From Camelus ferus (taxonomy: Eukaryota): 64,000 nt of DNA. Position numbers and translations under genes: made by a program. Each line of letters starts with the position of its first letter. The stretch's first letter is position 1. Of this stretch, positions 24,617-38,284 are shown piece after piece. The notes under the pieces are model-generated. The model saw only the letters and a list, made by a program, of their open reading frames with translations, had not been told where the DNA came from and searched no databases. The DNA lies in the NCBI RefSeq assembly GCF_009834535.1, contig NC_045696.1, forward strand, positions 90,088,001 through 90,152,000, read 5' to 3'.

Positions 24617-24944
24617 CGGAGGCAGATCTACTACCATAAACCTAATGAAGCTTAAGCTTTGAGGCCCCTGATTTGCACCGCCCCTGTGAAATCTGGAAGT
24701 TACAGAATGTTCCAGGTGGGGAGGGAAGCCAAGCTGCAATCAAGGGTTTCTGGTACACTTCCCAAATAGATCTCAGAAGAAAGGGACCTGAATCCTCCAA
24801 ATTTCCATTAATCTGATCTCTTTCTCATTCAAAAAAAAATTCATTTTAATATCTAATGTATTCATAGCTTCATATTCTTTTTCTGAAAGAAAGCCCTTGA
24901 AATTGCATAGCATTCTGGCCCCAGAAAACGTGAATCTGCCCCTC
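24617..24944. mobile_element. Non-autonomous hAT DNA transposon
   Basis: TIRs cggaggcagatcta / tgaatctgcccctc; 8-bp TSD-like atggtgag / agggtgat; taatgaagcttaagctttgaggcccct subterminal motif. Confidence 0.75.
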
Positions 24945-25081
24945 AGGGTGATATTGAGACCTTTCAATATGTTCTTGTCAGCCTGTCATTTGAGAGGCAG
25001 TATAGGGTGCTGTCAGGGAGTAGTTATGAATACTTTCAACAGTGTCTTGGTTTGAATAATAAATCATGTGGTCACTCTCAG

Positions 25082-25340
25082 TACAGCATAATAGATAAGA
25101 ACACAAACTCTGGATGAAAGTGTTGGGTTTAAAACCAAGCACTGTCATCTATACCTTGGGGAAAGTATTTAACTTCTTTGTGCCTCAGTTTCCTCATATG
25201 TAAAATGGGCATAATAAACATATCTCATAGATGTTACAGAGATTAAATGAGGCCATATACATAAAGCACTTAGAGGAGTGCCCAGCACAGAAGGAAATAT
25301 TACGTGCTAGATGTTGTGCTGTTACTGTTGTTTTATTATT
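25082..25340 (+). mobile_element. MIR SINE, near full length
   Basis: Core tttaacttctttgtgcctcagtttcctcatatgtaaaatgggcataata and tail aaagcacttagaggagtgcccagcacag. Confidence 0.9.
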
Positions 25341-25481
25341 AGTAGTAATTCCTAACTTTCCTTTTTAACAAATAAATTATTTATGAGAGAGTACTGTGCC
25401 CAAAGATAGCTAATAATCTACTGGGGGTTATTAGTATGTGTGATCACTGATTAAAAGGTATCTTTTTTGACTTCTGATCAC

Positions 25482-26711
25482 TTTTTTCCCAATTTATTGA
25501 GCTATAATTGATACATTAACATTGTATTAGTTTAAGGTGTACAAAAAATTTGATATATGTTGATATTGCAAAATAATTTCCACAAAAAGTTTAGTTAACA
25601 TCTATCACTTCACACAGCTATAATTTTTTCTTGTGATAAGAACTTTTAAGATCTACTCTTTTAGCAATTTTCAAATGTACATTACTGTTAACTAGAGTCA
25701 CCATGCTGTAGATTACATCCTCAGAACTTATTTATCTTATAACTGGAAGTTTGTATCTTTTCATCACCTTCACCCATTTCCACCACTGCCCATTCCCCTG
25801 CCTCTGGCAACCACCAATCTCTTCTGTTCGTCTAAGTTTGGTTTTTTAGATTCCACATGTAAGTAACATCATAAAGTTTGGAACTTTCTCTCTTATTCAC
25901 TTAGCATAATGCCCTCAATATCCATCCATGTTGTTTCAAATGGCAGGATTTCTTTCCTTTTTATGGCTGAAAATATTACATTTTAGATATAGATATTTAA
26001 ATCATACTTTTCTTTCTTCATTCATCTGCTGATGGACACAAGTTATTTCCATAACTTGGCTATTGTAAATAATGCTGCAGTGAACGTGGGAATACGTGGG
26101 AATTCTCTCTTTGAGAGAATGATTTCATTTCCTTTGGATATACACACAGAAGTGGGACTGTTGGATCACATGGCAGTTCTATTTCCAATTTTTTGAGAAA
26201 CAGCCATACAATTTTCCATAGCGGTTGCACCAATTTCCATTTCCCACCAAAAGTACACAAGGGTTCCTTGTTCTCCACATCCTCGCCAACACTTGTTATC
26301 TCTTGTCTATTTGATGATAGTCAAATAGGTATGTGGTAATATCTATCTCATTGTGGTTTTGATTTGCATTTCCCTGATGATTAGTGATATTGAGCATCTT
26401 TTACTGTTGGTCAGTTGGATGTCTTCTTAAAAAATGTCTATTCTGTTCTTCTGATCATTTTTAAGTTGGATATTTTTTTCTTTCGATTGAGTTGTATGAG
26501 TTTTTATATACTTTGGGTGTTAACCCCTTATCAGATATATGATTTGCAAATATTTTCTCCCATTCTGTAGGTTGTCTTCTCATGTTGATGGCTTTTTTTT
26601 TTTTTTTTCTGTGCAGAAGCTTTTAGTTTGACATAGTAGTTTGATGTAGTCCCACTTGTTTATTTTTGCTTTTGCTGTCTTTGCTGTTGGTGTCAAATCC
26701 AAAAAATCATC
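25482..26711 (-). mobile_element. L1 (L1MA/MB-like) ORF2 end and 3'UTR
   Basis: Minus ORF MENKEPLCTFGGKWKLVQPLWKIVWLFLKKLEIELPCDPTVPLL is L1 ORF2 C-terminus; T-rich tail at 25482. Confidence 0.95.
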
Positions 26712-26984
26712 TAAGTTGTTCTTGAGTTCAGTTCCACCAGTGCATATTAGGAACATCATTCCTTTTTGTGGAATTTAGCTTTAATCATTATTAAGAAAAG
26801 CAAACATGCCTGTAGAATATTATTTTATACCAAATCACTTTGGGGATCACCTAATCCCACATAATTGCTCCAGGAGAATAAACTAAAATCAGTGGCTCAT
26901 TTAGAGGTAGAATTGAACTCAAGATAATAATAAGAACTCAAGAAAACAAGATTATAATTCTTAAAATGAATGCTGTCCAATTAC

Positions 26985-27152
26985 AGTACAGACAGGGCTA
27001 GCTTATGAGGTAGTGAGCACTAAAACACTGAAGGTATTCAAGAAGTGATTAACCGACCACTTGGAGATGTGGTACTTGGATTCTGCATTAGACAGATGAT
27101 TCAACTTGATGAATTCCAACGTCAAGTCCAATACTAAGAATCTATGTTTCTA
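26985..27152 (+). mobile_element. CR1/L3-like 3' end
   Basis: tgaggtagtgagcactaaaacactgaaggtattcaag...ccaatactaagaatctatg. Confidence 0.6.
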
Positions 27153-27789
27153 TCACATCTTATATTGAACAGTTTCCTTCTCCTTACCACATACTCAGCT
27201 CTCCTCACTGCTGCATTTAGCATGATGGGTTTAACACTCTATCCTGTTAACTCACCCTTGTCCTTGTGGAGGGAAAACTTTACAAGTAGAGATTTAAAAT
27301 TCACAATAAGTGTATAGAAAATACCAAGATTCTCCAGACTTAAAAATAACAAAGAAAAGTAGAAATGTTCAAGGGGTTCAAGAACTTTGCAGAAAAGTTT
27401 TAAATATTTAATGTGCCTGGCAAGGTTTTTTTTGGAGAGATTAATATTTAAATGCAGTTTGTTTGTATTAAAGTATTTAAATGCTATGCAGTTAATATAA
27501 AATACATATTCTAACTTCTTCACTGATGCAAAAATCGCATTGGGAATTATGTGATCATGTGTAATTTGTTAAATGCAAATCACATTTTAAATATTCATAT
27601 ACCATATTTGCGTTATTTTTTTAATCAGAATTTTCAAAAGGAGGAGGGGGAGCAAAGCAGGAACAAAATCTAAAATACATTCCACCAAAGAAAAGAAATA
27701 TGCATGGTAGACAGACAAATCCCTACTGCTATTGACAAGACAACCAGAGAAACCTGCACAGATTTGACATGTGATGTTTACAACAAGGG

Positions 27790-27900
27790 ATTAATCAGAA
27801 CCCAGAAGCCTAGGTGGGATCTTGGGGGCAGTTGGCCCCACTCCTTCATTTCATGAATGAAGAAAGAGAGGCTGAAAGAAGAGAAGTGACTAGCACTGTG
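27790..27900 (-). mobile_element. MIR fragment
   Basis: ccactccttcatttcatgaatgaagaaagagaggctgaaagaagagaagtgact. Confidence 0.55.
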
Positions 27901-28059
27901 GTAGACCAAGAGGAAATAGATGGTGGTTATATTCTGTGATGAATGTACAAACAATGGGGATACACTTTGCCCTACATCTCTTCACTCTTCACCTCGCCCA
28001 GCCCTTTCTGAAGACTCATTCAGTAGACTCTGTAAAATCCAACAGCTGAAAATTAAAAA

Positions 28060-28420
28060 TCAATAAGAACACTAATTGCCTAACAGATAAATGAAAATGC
28101 CCAATGCCGGCTGGGATGTCCTGAAATATATTCTTACATTGCTGGTAGCAGTTTGAACTGGTATAACCTTTTGGAAAGCAATTTGGCAGTCTTCATCAAG
28201 AGTCTTAAGTGCATTAATGTCTTTCTTTCCAGTAATTCCAAATCTAAGTATCTAAGTGCAAAGAAAAAAAAAGTCTATGCATACCAAGGTTTACTGCAGT
28301 ACTATATATAATAGCCCCAAATTGGAAATGACTTAAATATACAACAATGAAGAGGTGGCTAAGAAAATTAGGATTTATTCCCCTCATTAGAATAGCATAT
28401 CACAATCCGAATGACAGTAA
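28060..28420 (+). mobile_element. Old L1 (L1ME-like) 3' fragment
   Basis: cattgctggtagcagtttgaactggtataaccttttggaaagcaatttggcagt. Confidence 0.75.
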
Positions 28421-28618
28421 CATGAAGAGCCTATGGAACTTAAAACAATAATGTATTAAACAATGTTTTTAAGGATGACTGAACCCACAGACTGGAAGAG
28501 ACACTACATAACATCTACCTCATATTAACTTGAGCATAGATAATCACAATAACCAAAAGCACTTAGAAGTCTGATGTCAACATCAAGTTTCTTCTCCTTG
28601 CTAAAAAATTCCTTAGGC

Positions 28619-28745
28619 CAGTGGTTCTAAAACTTCATTGTGAGCAACTCATCACAAAGAGAGTTTTGTCAAAAATTCAGATCCTGACTGGTAAGTTGAG
28701 GACAGGGTTCAGGAGGGGACATTCTTAAACAGACATTCTTAGTCC
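28619..28745 (+). mobile_element. MER5-like fragment
   Basis: cagtggttctaaaactt terminus...tgtcaaaaattcagatcctga. Confidence 0.5.
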
Positions 28746-29289
28746 CTATGGGTCAAGGAAAATATTTTTTTTCTCTCTGCTTCCTTCTGGATGTTTCTTC
28801 TGCCAGGCTTCCTCAATTCTCTCACGTGTCTGCCCACAGCAGACTGATCTGTGATTGGGGGAATCCCGGCATTAGGACTCATACCTCATCTCTACCTGTG
28901 CTCCATGAGTATCTCAGTTCAAGGTTAAGGAGACAGAGTTACACTTTTTCCCAAATTTTCTGTCATGTTTTATTGCTTTAACAAATTTAAAAATTCATTC
29001 TCAAAAAGAATTTAGAAAACAGATATTTTTATAGAACCACATCCAGAAGTAAAAAAATTCTTAATAAATAAGCTACACCAAAACTATAACTTAAATTAAC
29101 TTCCTGGAGGAATACTAGAAGAGAAGAATAAAAGAATGTTATGAACCATTTTTTGGTGGGGTTTTCTCGAAAACCTAACATTAAGGTCTTTGTTTATCAA
29201 TGTAAAAGATCGTATCTTTGCCCTCTGCGTTTTACGTATTTCCAAGTACTATACACAGGAGAAATTATTTTCTTAGGAGGAAAGTGACT

Positions 29290-30960
29290 GACATCCACTT
29301 TCAGTAGTATGATGGACCAGAACTAGATACTCTAAGAAATATAACAAACTCATAGATTAACTTAAACAAATATATTTTGTAAGGCATTTTGAGGCTTAGG
29401 AGAAGTCTTCAAGAACCAAGAGGGAATAAAAGAAAAATGATGAGCTGAATCTTGCATGGTACCAGTCGGCAAATACAAATGAAGAAGCAGAATCAGAGGA
29501 TTCTCCTGGAGTCCATGCTGGTAAGATACCTGGAATGCTGCCCTTGGCAAGGTTAAGGAGCTGCACCTGACACTCACACTTTAAGCAAGGACTCTTAAAA
29601 GAAGTTGAAACATTCCAAGATGGGCAACACCTTCTGGCTCTCAGCAGATGCAAACTGAAATCTTCTCTGCAGAAAAACAACTAACATTTAGGCCCTAAGA
29701 ATTTACATGGATAAGTTCAACCAAAACCCACCAAATACAAAATGAAATAAGCCTTCATGAGTAAGAGTCATCAGATTGTAAAAACAGACCTCTAAGAACT
29801 TCTGAAGTTAGAATTATCAGATGTTAAATATAAACATCTGAGTATAAAATGCTTTAAATTTTAGAATTAAAAAATGAACAAGGAACAAGAGATGACCTAA
29901 AATGACCAAGAAAATTTGAAAAACAAACAGAAAAAAAACCTTTGAGTAATAAGTACTTTCAAAATTAAAAACTTAATAGATAAGTTGTATAGTACATAAG
30001 ATACAGCTGAAAGGTGAGAATTGTAACTGAGACACAGACATTACAGAATACAGCTTGGATATGATCAAAAATATAAAGCTGACATAATGGACAGATCACG
30101 ATTAGATAAGCTATGTTTAATTGAAGTCCCAAAGAAAGAGGATAAATCGAATTAGAAACAATTTCTAAAGAAATAATGTTTGAGAATTTCTATAACTGAT
30201 CAAAAATATTGTATGTTATCTACTGCTGCAGAACAAAAATGATCTGAGAAGGAAGGTCTAGGTTGCAAGAAGAAATGGTAAGTGAAGAAAGTAGAACCGT
30301 AAATGTCTCCAAACAGATTTGATAGTAATGAAAAACAAATGAAAATAAAGTCCAGTTTTAGCAGCAAAAATATAATGGGCAACGTTAGCAGGTCAATCAG
30401 TGAGGAAAAGAGTGACCAGACTGTGACTATTCTTAGGCACTTAGGCACGTGTGTGTGTGTTTTTTCACTTTGGAAGGGGGCTTGACATAGTAATTAGACT
30501 TTGCAGCATTGTTAAATATGCATGGTAAGATTTCAAGGAAAAAACACTAAAAGAATAGACTACAGTATAAAAGTTTGAACCTGTGAAGGGGGAAAAGTTG
30601 TAAAAGGAAAATAACTAAAGCCTAAGAAGAGGCAGGTGGGGAAATACAGCATCAACAATGTGGAAACTATCCACATATCAACTCTAAGGAAGGGGCTAAA
30701 ATAGTTTAAGTAATAAAGTAATGAAAATAAAATTAACTTGATAGTTAGAAGCAGAAGTGGTCTGACTGAAAAAGAAAAATCAAATCATATCTTGTTTACA
30801 AGATATGTACCTAGAGAGGACTACAGAAAAGTTGAAATAAAAGTACAGAAGAAGATATATCACACAAGCACTAACTAAGAGGAAGCTGGAGTAGAGACAG
30901 TACTATTAGTTTAAAAAAAGAGAGAGAGAGAGAAAGACTTTAAGACAAAAGGTATTATGT
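29290..30960 (+). mobile_element. Old, highly degenerate L1M (5'UTR/ORF1 to start of ORF2)
   Basis: A-rich ORF1-like tracts (aattgaagtcccaaagaaagagg...aaagaaataatgtttgagaatttc) and EN-like segment at about 30780-30960. Confidence 0.6.
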
Positions 30961-31019
30961 AGCAAATTTCTTTTAGAAAAACAGACCTCACCCAAAAAAA
31001 AAAAAAAAAAAAACTGCTG

Positions 31020-32640
31020 GAAGTAAAGAAACAAGGTGAACAAGGCAGGATGCCGAAGGTCATGGAGAAAGAAGCTGCAAATACTATATATAGTGAAGAA
31101 GAGTCTAGAGAAGGCAGAATCCAGGAAGTACTGAACAGCAAAAATACTACATCTAAAGGTAAGAGCACTTCTTTTAAAACCAAGGTCTTTAAAACTCTAG
31201 GAAAAACAGGGCCAGAGGCAGAAAAATCTCAAACCATATTCTGAAAGAGGAGAAATAGCAGTAGAGAAAAGCCAAATATTAAGTATCTTATGGTAACAAA
31301 GAAAAGCAAGCCTTTAAGCTATAAAGCTGTGAGATGTACTCTGGACAATATCCCTGCCCATCAGAAACCCTCTCCTCATAGCCCAAGAAAACTCATCTCA
31401 CTTTAATATGAAACAAATAGACCCTCTATTTCCATACTAAATTACTGCTAGAAAAACAGATTAAAATGAACTGTAAAATATCCCGACAATGAGAACAAAA
31501 CAGAAGAATGCAGACTCAAACCAGATGAAAACTATAATCCAATATTTCAAAGTGAGCTAAAAGAAGTCAAGAAAACAGTTTTTTAAAAATAGCACACTTC
31601 AGAAAAAAATGTAGTCATAAATAAAATGGCTGGACAAGAAGAGAATAAAATGTGAAAAATTATCAGTATTCAGACAGAATTGGAAAAAATTAATCAAAAG
31701 GAACATGAGAGAAATAGAAGTCATCAAAACTCAGGGTGCTAAATAAACACCAAAAAGAAAAATATAAAGAAAATCAAACAGAAATAGAGAAAGCAGTAAA
31801 AAGGATCCAAGAGAAAGAAAACATAGGCAAATAAAATAGTTCAAACATGCATATAATTTGAGGCCCCCAAAAGAAAACTAAAGCAAATGAAACTGAAAAA
31901 ATTTGTCTAAATAATAATTCAGTAAAGTATGCCTGAAATTTAAAAAGACTTAAATATTTATACAAAAAGGGCACACCATGTACCCAAGAAAATTATCCCT
32001 CAATAGTTACTATATATTCTAGTAAAACTACTAGACTTTAAAAAAAAAAAAAAGGAAAAAATTATTTGGGCATCCAAACAGAAAGACCAGGCAGGTCACA
32101 TATGAAGGGCAGAAAACAAAACTGACATCAGACCTCTCAACAGCAACATTTTATGGGGAAAACAATGAAACAATATTTTTAAAGATATTCCAAGAAGGAA
32201 ATATAAACCAAGGATTTTATATCCGTCTTTCTAGAATAAATGCTTCAAACAATCAATTACGAATATTCAGGAATTCAGAGATATTGATTCCATGAACCTT
32301 TCCCGAATATTCTACTGGAAAATGAGCTTCGGACAAATAAGAAATTATTGGGAAAGCTTCAACATAAACAGTGGACTGAGCATTGAATCTATTTAACTGT
32401 AGAACTAAGGTTCAAAGATAAGGATACGGCAAAATAAATATTATGGAGAGTATTATATGCTTTGACGTATAATACTGTAAAACGTAAAAATGATATAGCT
32501 AACAAAAATAGGAGGAAAGAGGGAAATACATGGAAGCATTAAGAAACTTCAGTAGCAATGGTAAAGTTCTTAAACAGGGAATATCTTCATCAATGTTCAC
32601 TTTACTATTGTGCATTATACTAAACATATGTGATACAGAT
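31020..32640 (+). mobile_element. HAL1/L1 ORF1-like remnant
   Basis: ggtcacatatgaagggcagaaaacaaaactgacatcagacctctcaacagcaac...accaaggattttatatcc matches the ORF1 C-terminal motif (VTYxG..LTSDLS..PRILYP). Confidence 0.65.
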
Positions 32641-32878
32641 TTTTAAAGTTTTTTAAAAGAGTGCTTGAAGCATTAAATGTCATCTCTTCGCCCCATCTAT
32701 CTGTTAGTACTACAATATTCATCTGAATTTGTAAAATGGAATCAATTTTTACCAATGATCAACCTTCACAAATGGGTCACTAATGTAAATTTGGGAATTT
32801 CTTTGACTAATGTAAAGATTCCTTTAAAAAGCTGCATCAATTGAAAACAGTGCATCAGTAAGCAGCCAATGCTTGGGG

Positions 32879-32889
32879 ATACACATACA

Positions 32890-32938
<49 letters not shown>
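32879..32938. repeat. (CA)n microsatellite
   Basis: Long CA run with a few interruptions. Confidence 0.95.
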
Positions 32939-32939
<1 letters not shown>

Positions 32940-34059
32940 AGCAGGGTGGCAGGTAAGTCAAGGATGAGAGAATTGAGTTCTTAGAAAAATTAAAATTTTT
33001 TAATCTTTTGTGGAATACGGATTCTTTCTTCAGAATTAAAATGGGCCTGGTATATGGCAATCCAAGCCAAATGCTAAAGCACTTGCCAAATGCTAACCAA
33101 GCCTCAAAGCTGTGGAAATGGAAGGCAGCCTGGAGCAACTGGAATTTCTTGCTTGGGGGTTAAGACAAGTACCAATGCTCTCCAAATATGTCTTAGTAAT
33201 TAGTGGCTGGCATGGCTCCCTTCAAGTCTGTTGCTTACCATCTGTGATGTTTTTCGCTAGCCAGTCTCTAACTCCTTATTAAACAAGAGGACTACTCAAC
33301 TAAATGATATTTTGAGCACTGAGTCAAGCATCAGTGTTACAAATGGGGATCATATTTCTTGATCCTTGGCTTCTGTGGAGAAAGCGACTAGAGAGATATA
33401 TGAACAAAAGTTGGTGTACCTGGTGGTAGACAAATACAAATGGGTCTTGTCTTTCATGTGTTCGACTTCTGGAAGAAAAAATGCAGTTGTAGATAATACA
33501 TAGGCGCTTGCAAAACTGCCTTCATATGCATATTTTCATACCTCAGCTGAATAATAAACATTTAAATCTATCACACTATGGCACTGCCTGCTCGCAGCCA
33601 GTTCCATTTTGGCAGTCACCATCTTTGTAAAGCAATTTGGGCAATTACATGAATCTTTTATTGCATTTTGTCATTATTGGTTTATAAACGAGTGGAAAAT
33701 GTAACAATGAAGGTGCTGATACTAGTGATAGGAAGTACAATCCTCATAAAGTTAATACAATTGGTACAAACTTGGAAATCACTAGGTGTACTGAAAACAG
33801 CGAATCTTCAGGCTCAATTGATGGCTCACTGGACTCAAGCCAGCTGTCTGTGTTTTCAACTGTGAGGGCAAATAAGAAAACTAAAGAATATGCACAAAAT
33901 GCTGGCACTGCATAACAAAAAAATAATGTCTACAAGGAAACGTAAAATTAAGAGATTTTATATATTTTAGCTTTTTTGAAAAACAGTGGCAGTAGTAGAG
34001 GTTTTAATTGTACCTGCCATTACTACCTGCCAAGTTCCAGTTAAGTACTTTATTCATCT

Positions 34060-35070
34060 CTCTGGCTGAGTCCTCTCAGCTTTCTTCTCTTCTGCTTAAC
34101 CTCTCAATGCTGGAGCTCAGATCTCAGCCCTCTTTCCTTCTCCCTCTACATCTACTCCCTACAAGATGACATACATTCCTGAGGCTTTAAATGCCATCTA
34201 CATACCAATGGACTCCCAATGTCTAGCATCAGTCCCTACATCTTCACTGAAGTCCAATCCCATATCCAACTGCCTACGTGATATTTCCATATAGATGTTT
34301 AATGTCTAGTAGACATCTCACATTTATGGCTGAAATAGAACTCTTGATCTCTATACAGTGTACCTACAGTACTCTCTCCCCTCAACAAGTCTGACTTCTC
34401 CGTCTTAACTAGCACCCATCCAGAGGTTGCTGAATTCAAAACTGTTAGTGTTATCATTGACTCCTCCCTTTCCATCTTCTCCCACATTCAATCCATGAAC
34501 AACCCTATGGACTGCACATCTAAAATATATCCAAACTTACCCCACTTCACTCCATCTCCACCACAACCACTCTGGTCCAAGGCACCATCTTCTCCTGTCT
34601 TAGATTATTACAATGGGCTTTTAACTGGTCTCCTTGCTTCCACTTTTATTCTTCCCCAACCCATTTGCCATACAGCAGTGATCTTTAAAAAACCCAAATC
34701 AAAATATGTCTGTTCCCTTCTTAAAATGCTCCAGGGACTTTTCATTGCATTTAGAGTAAGATCTAATTCTCTATTCTAGCCTACAAGGTCAGATACAAGC
34801 TGTCTCCACCTGCTCTCCACCTCTTCTCTCTCCATTGACTGGAATTCAGCTCCATTCTTTCTCAAGTATGATGCACTTATTCACAACCTTTGCACTTGCT
34901 GTGTCCTTCCACTTAGGGTGCTCTCCTCCCATATCTGCATGGCTTGCCACCTTTCCATTATTCAGATGTTAGCTTTCTGAGGAGTCCCTCCCTACTAACC
35001 CACTTGAGCCCAGGGACACTGACTCCATCGCTCATCCTTTAACCCTCTAACTATTCTGCCTTCCTAGAAT
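34060..35070 (+). mobile_element. L2 LINE, about 1 kb
   Basis: ggctttaaatgccatctacatacc...catatccaactgcctac...ctggtctccttgcttcc...cctttgcacttgctgt. Confidence 0.9.
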
Positions 35071-36309
35071 AAGACCACCATGACTACTATTCATATTGTC
35101 ATATGCAACGCTCAGGAGTTTTTAGAACAAATATATACATTGGACTTGACCATCAGGAGAAAGACCTGAGGTGCTCATGTTCACACAATCAAAGCAAAGG
35201 GGTTGCTGGGGACTCTGAAGAGTCCTTTTCCTTCCCTCTCACATGAAGAGTTCTATTCTCTTTGAGGTATATCTTTTTTTCCTTCAGATTACCTTTGGTT
35301 TTAATTTTAACAAAGTTTTACCAAAATAAAAATGTGAAAAGAAATGGGTAGAAGGATATTAGTAAGCAAGGATGTATTCTGAATTTTCCTGAACTCTCCA
35401 CCCAGCCACACAGCCATAATCACAGCTTGAACTGTCCTCAAAATGTCCAGTGATGCAAGCCAGAAAGGCAAAACTTTGGTCAGAAAGAGTACTGTCCTTT
35501 CTAAATACAGGAAATCCCTTTATCTGAAGAGCAAAAAAGTCCTTTCAAATTACTTCACACTGTGGCAGAAACATTGCCACCATCTCCCACCCTCATGATT
35601 CTAACAGATGCTGTGGATAAAAAGATCACAAGTCACCAGCCATAGTCTTCATGGTCATGGCCAGTCATGTTGAGCCATTACAACCCTGAGCAGCTGAACA
35701 CAGGGGCCCAAGGTACTGGAGAGATTGCAGGGCTATACTAAAATCAAAGAATAGAGGAGGGTTGGAGCCTAATGAAAGACAGAGAGGCAAGATCATGAGG
35801 AGGATGGCCTGTGGCAGCACCACCAGAGATGAGAGCCAAGGAGGCCTGACTGGGAGAAGGGCACCCATGGCAGCTACTGTTCAGCTCCACTCTTGGCTTC
35901 TCTCCTTCCTGAAGCAGTTTCCTTCCAGCCCACCCTTGCCAAGCACCCAACTTTCCCTCACCTCTTCCCTATCAAGGCCTGTTGCCTGGCTGCTTTTTAA
36001 GAGAGAATCTGAAGAGGATGACTTACACTTATAAAATGGCACTGCTACCCTCCAGAGACAGCTCATTCAATCGAAAGAAGGAAACTTCACCGCACTGATT
36101 TCAGGCATCAAGGAATGAATGGCAGGCAAATGACATTGCTGAAAGAACCACTCTAACCTCTCTGAATATCACCCCCTTCTGCCTTTGCCTCCCATCTAGA
36201 GGTGATAGGGGCAGGGAAAGGAGAGATAGGAACTAGGAGCTACAGAATGAACAAGTTGAAGAAGTAAAACTATGAAGATAGTCAAAGAAGAAGAACATGG
36301 AAACCTAAT

Positions 36310-36765
36310 ATTTTTTGGTATTTTTTTCCATGCAGTTCTATCAGCTTTTGCTTCTTGTAGTTTGACATTGTTAGGTGCACACACATTAAGGATTGTTATG
36401 TCTTCTTGGAGAATGGACACCTTTATCATTATGTAATACCCTTCTTTATCCCAGATAACTTTCCTTGCTCTGAAGTCTGTCTGAAATTAATATAGCTACT
36501 CTTGCTTTCTTTTGATTAGTGTTTGCATGGTATGTTTTTCTCTGCCCATTTACTTTTAACCTATGTGCATCTTATATTTAAAGTGGGGTTCTGTAGACAA
36601 CATATAGTTGGGTCTTGTTTTTTGTCCACTCTGACAGTCTCTTTTAATTGAATTTAGACCACTGATGTTCAAAGTGATTGTTGAGTAGCTGGATTAATAT
36701 CTACTATATTTGTTACTTTTTTCTGTTGGTTGCCCTCATTCTTTGTTCCTATCTTTTCTTCCACA
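36310..36765 (-). mobile_element. Internal L1 fragment (inter-ORF/endonuclease region)
   Basis: Minus ORF MIKVSILQEDITILNVCAPN is L1 endonuclease-like. Confidence 0.9.
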
Positions 36766-36965
36766 ATTAATCTGTGGTGGTAAAAACCAGAACAGCAGTT
36801 ACTTTGGGGAGGGGGCCTGCTGGGGTGATGGAAATATTCCATATCTTGATTTGGTTGTGGCCTACCTAGGTATATGCATATATATATAAATTGTCAGCTA
36901 TAAATATAAGATTTGTGTCCTTTGCCTATATGTAAGTTGTACTTAAAAAGTAAATTTTAAAAAAA
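36766..36965 (+). mobile_element. Old L1 (L1ME-like) 3'UTR end
   Basis: tggggtgatggaaatattccatatcttgatttggttgtgg...tatgtaagttgtactt. Confidence 0.75.
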
Positions 36966-37849
36966 ACTCTGTAACAAATATAAGCCAATAAAGTTCATCA
37001 CTGTATGGAAAAGACTACTGTATGAAAAAATTATATGAGAAACTTTAGATGTGATAAAGAAATCAAATCTTGGGCATAGCTTACAAAAATTAGCATGTCC
37101 TTCTGAGGTTAAACACAATGGTTATAAAATGGCTAAAAGTAATTTAGGATTTCTAGATGCAAAAACTTCGGATCAAAATAAGGGTCATCATGTGAATAAG
37201 GCATGCTACTTCCATTTCATTATAAAAAGTATACTTAATGTGGTGCTAAACAGCTTCCTTTGATAGTAGCCAGATGTGTTTAACAGATAGGTGTTCAGGA
37301 GCACAAACCATCCCTCCAACTCTCCTAGCTTTAAAAATCTGTGGCCTAGAACTGGGGATGTGGCCATTTCCACAGCCTTCAGTGTCACTGGCTATGTATC
37401 CATAAGCAACTTGTGGTGTCTAACAATGCTTGAATTCAATGCTATTTCATGGTATCATCTTTCAGAAAGACATTTTAATCCACAAATAAGATAGGAATTT
37501 AAGTTAAAATTCAAGAGAGTGTGGTACTATCAGATCCCAGAGCTCAGCTGAGGTGATAACTGGGTGAACAGGTACTGCCCAAGCCCTGTCCACACATGTC
37601 CGAGGCCTTGACAAGTCTGTCCCAGCCCATTCCTCCACCTGGCTTCTGGCAGACATCCTTGAGAGCCATTGTGAGACATCTCCCAAAATATCTCAATATT
37701 AGGGAGGAAGGGGAAACAACGGGTCTTAAAATAGAAGAAATGAGTGTAAATGACCAAACCGGTTGTCTCCATTTATTTACTTGCTTTTATCTTCAACAGA
37801 TTCAAATCAGTTTGATGCCCATTGTTCCTCTGAACAGTACTCAGTAAAA

Positions 37850-38095
37850 TCACCAATGACCTCCAGGTAACTAGTGGAATGAAGACATTTCTAAGCTCAT
37901 AATGCTTGACTGCTCAGCAGCCCTTGACCCTTTGTCGACCCCTCCCAGTACTCCCATCTCCCTGGTTTCCTTTTATGGCTTCTTCTGCTCTACTTATCTT
38001 AGTTGTCGGTGCTCTTTGGGGGTCTAGCCTACTATGCTCTCTTTCACTCTTAATCCTACTATTATCCTTGGTGATCTTACCCTGCTTCCATGTAG
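37850..38095 (+). mobile_element. L2 fragment
   Basis: tcaccaatgacctccaggt...tgcttgactgctcagcagcccttgacc. Confidence 0.55.
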
Positions 38096-38284
38096 AAATC
38101 TATGAGAATTTATTTGTTATGTAACAAAAGAGGAGCCTAGGAATTTTGTTTTTTTCTATAACCTATCACAATTGGCCCTCTGTTCAGAAAAGGAAAAAAA
38201 AATAATAGCTTTTAATCTCCCTAATCCCTCCATTCCTACTCTACTCCCACCCACCCCGACCAGCCCCCTCAATTTGACCTATGG

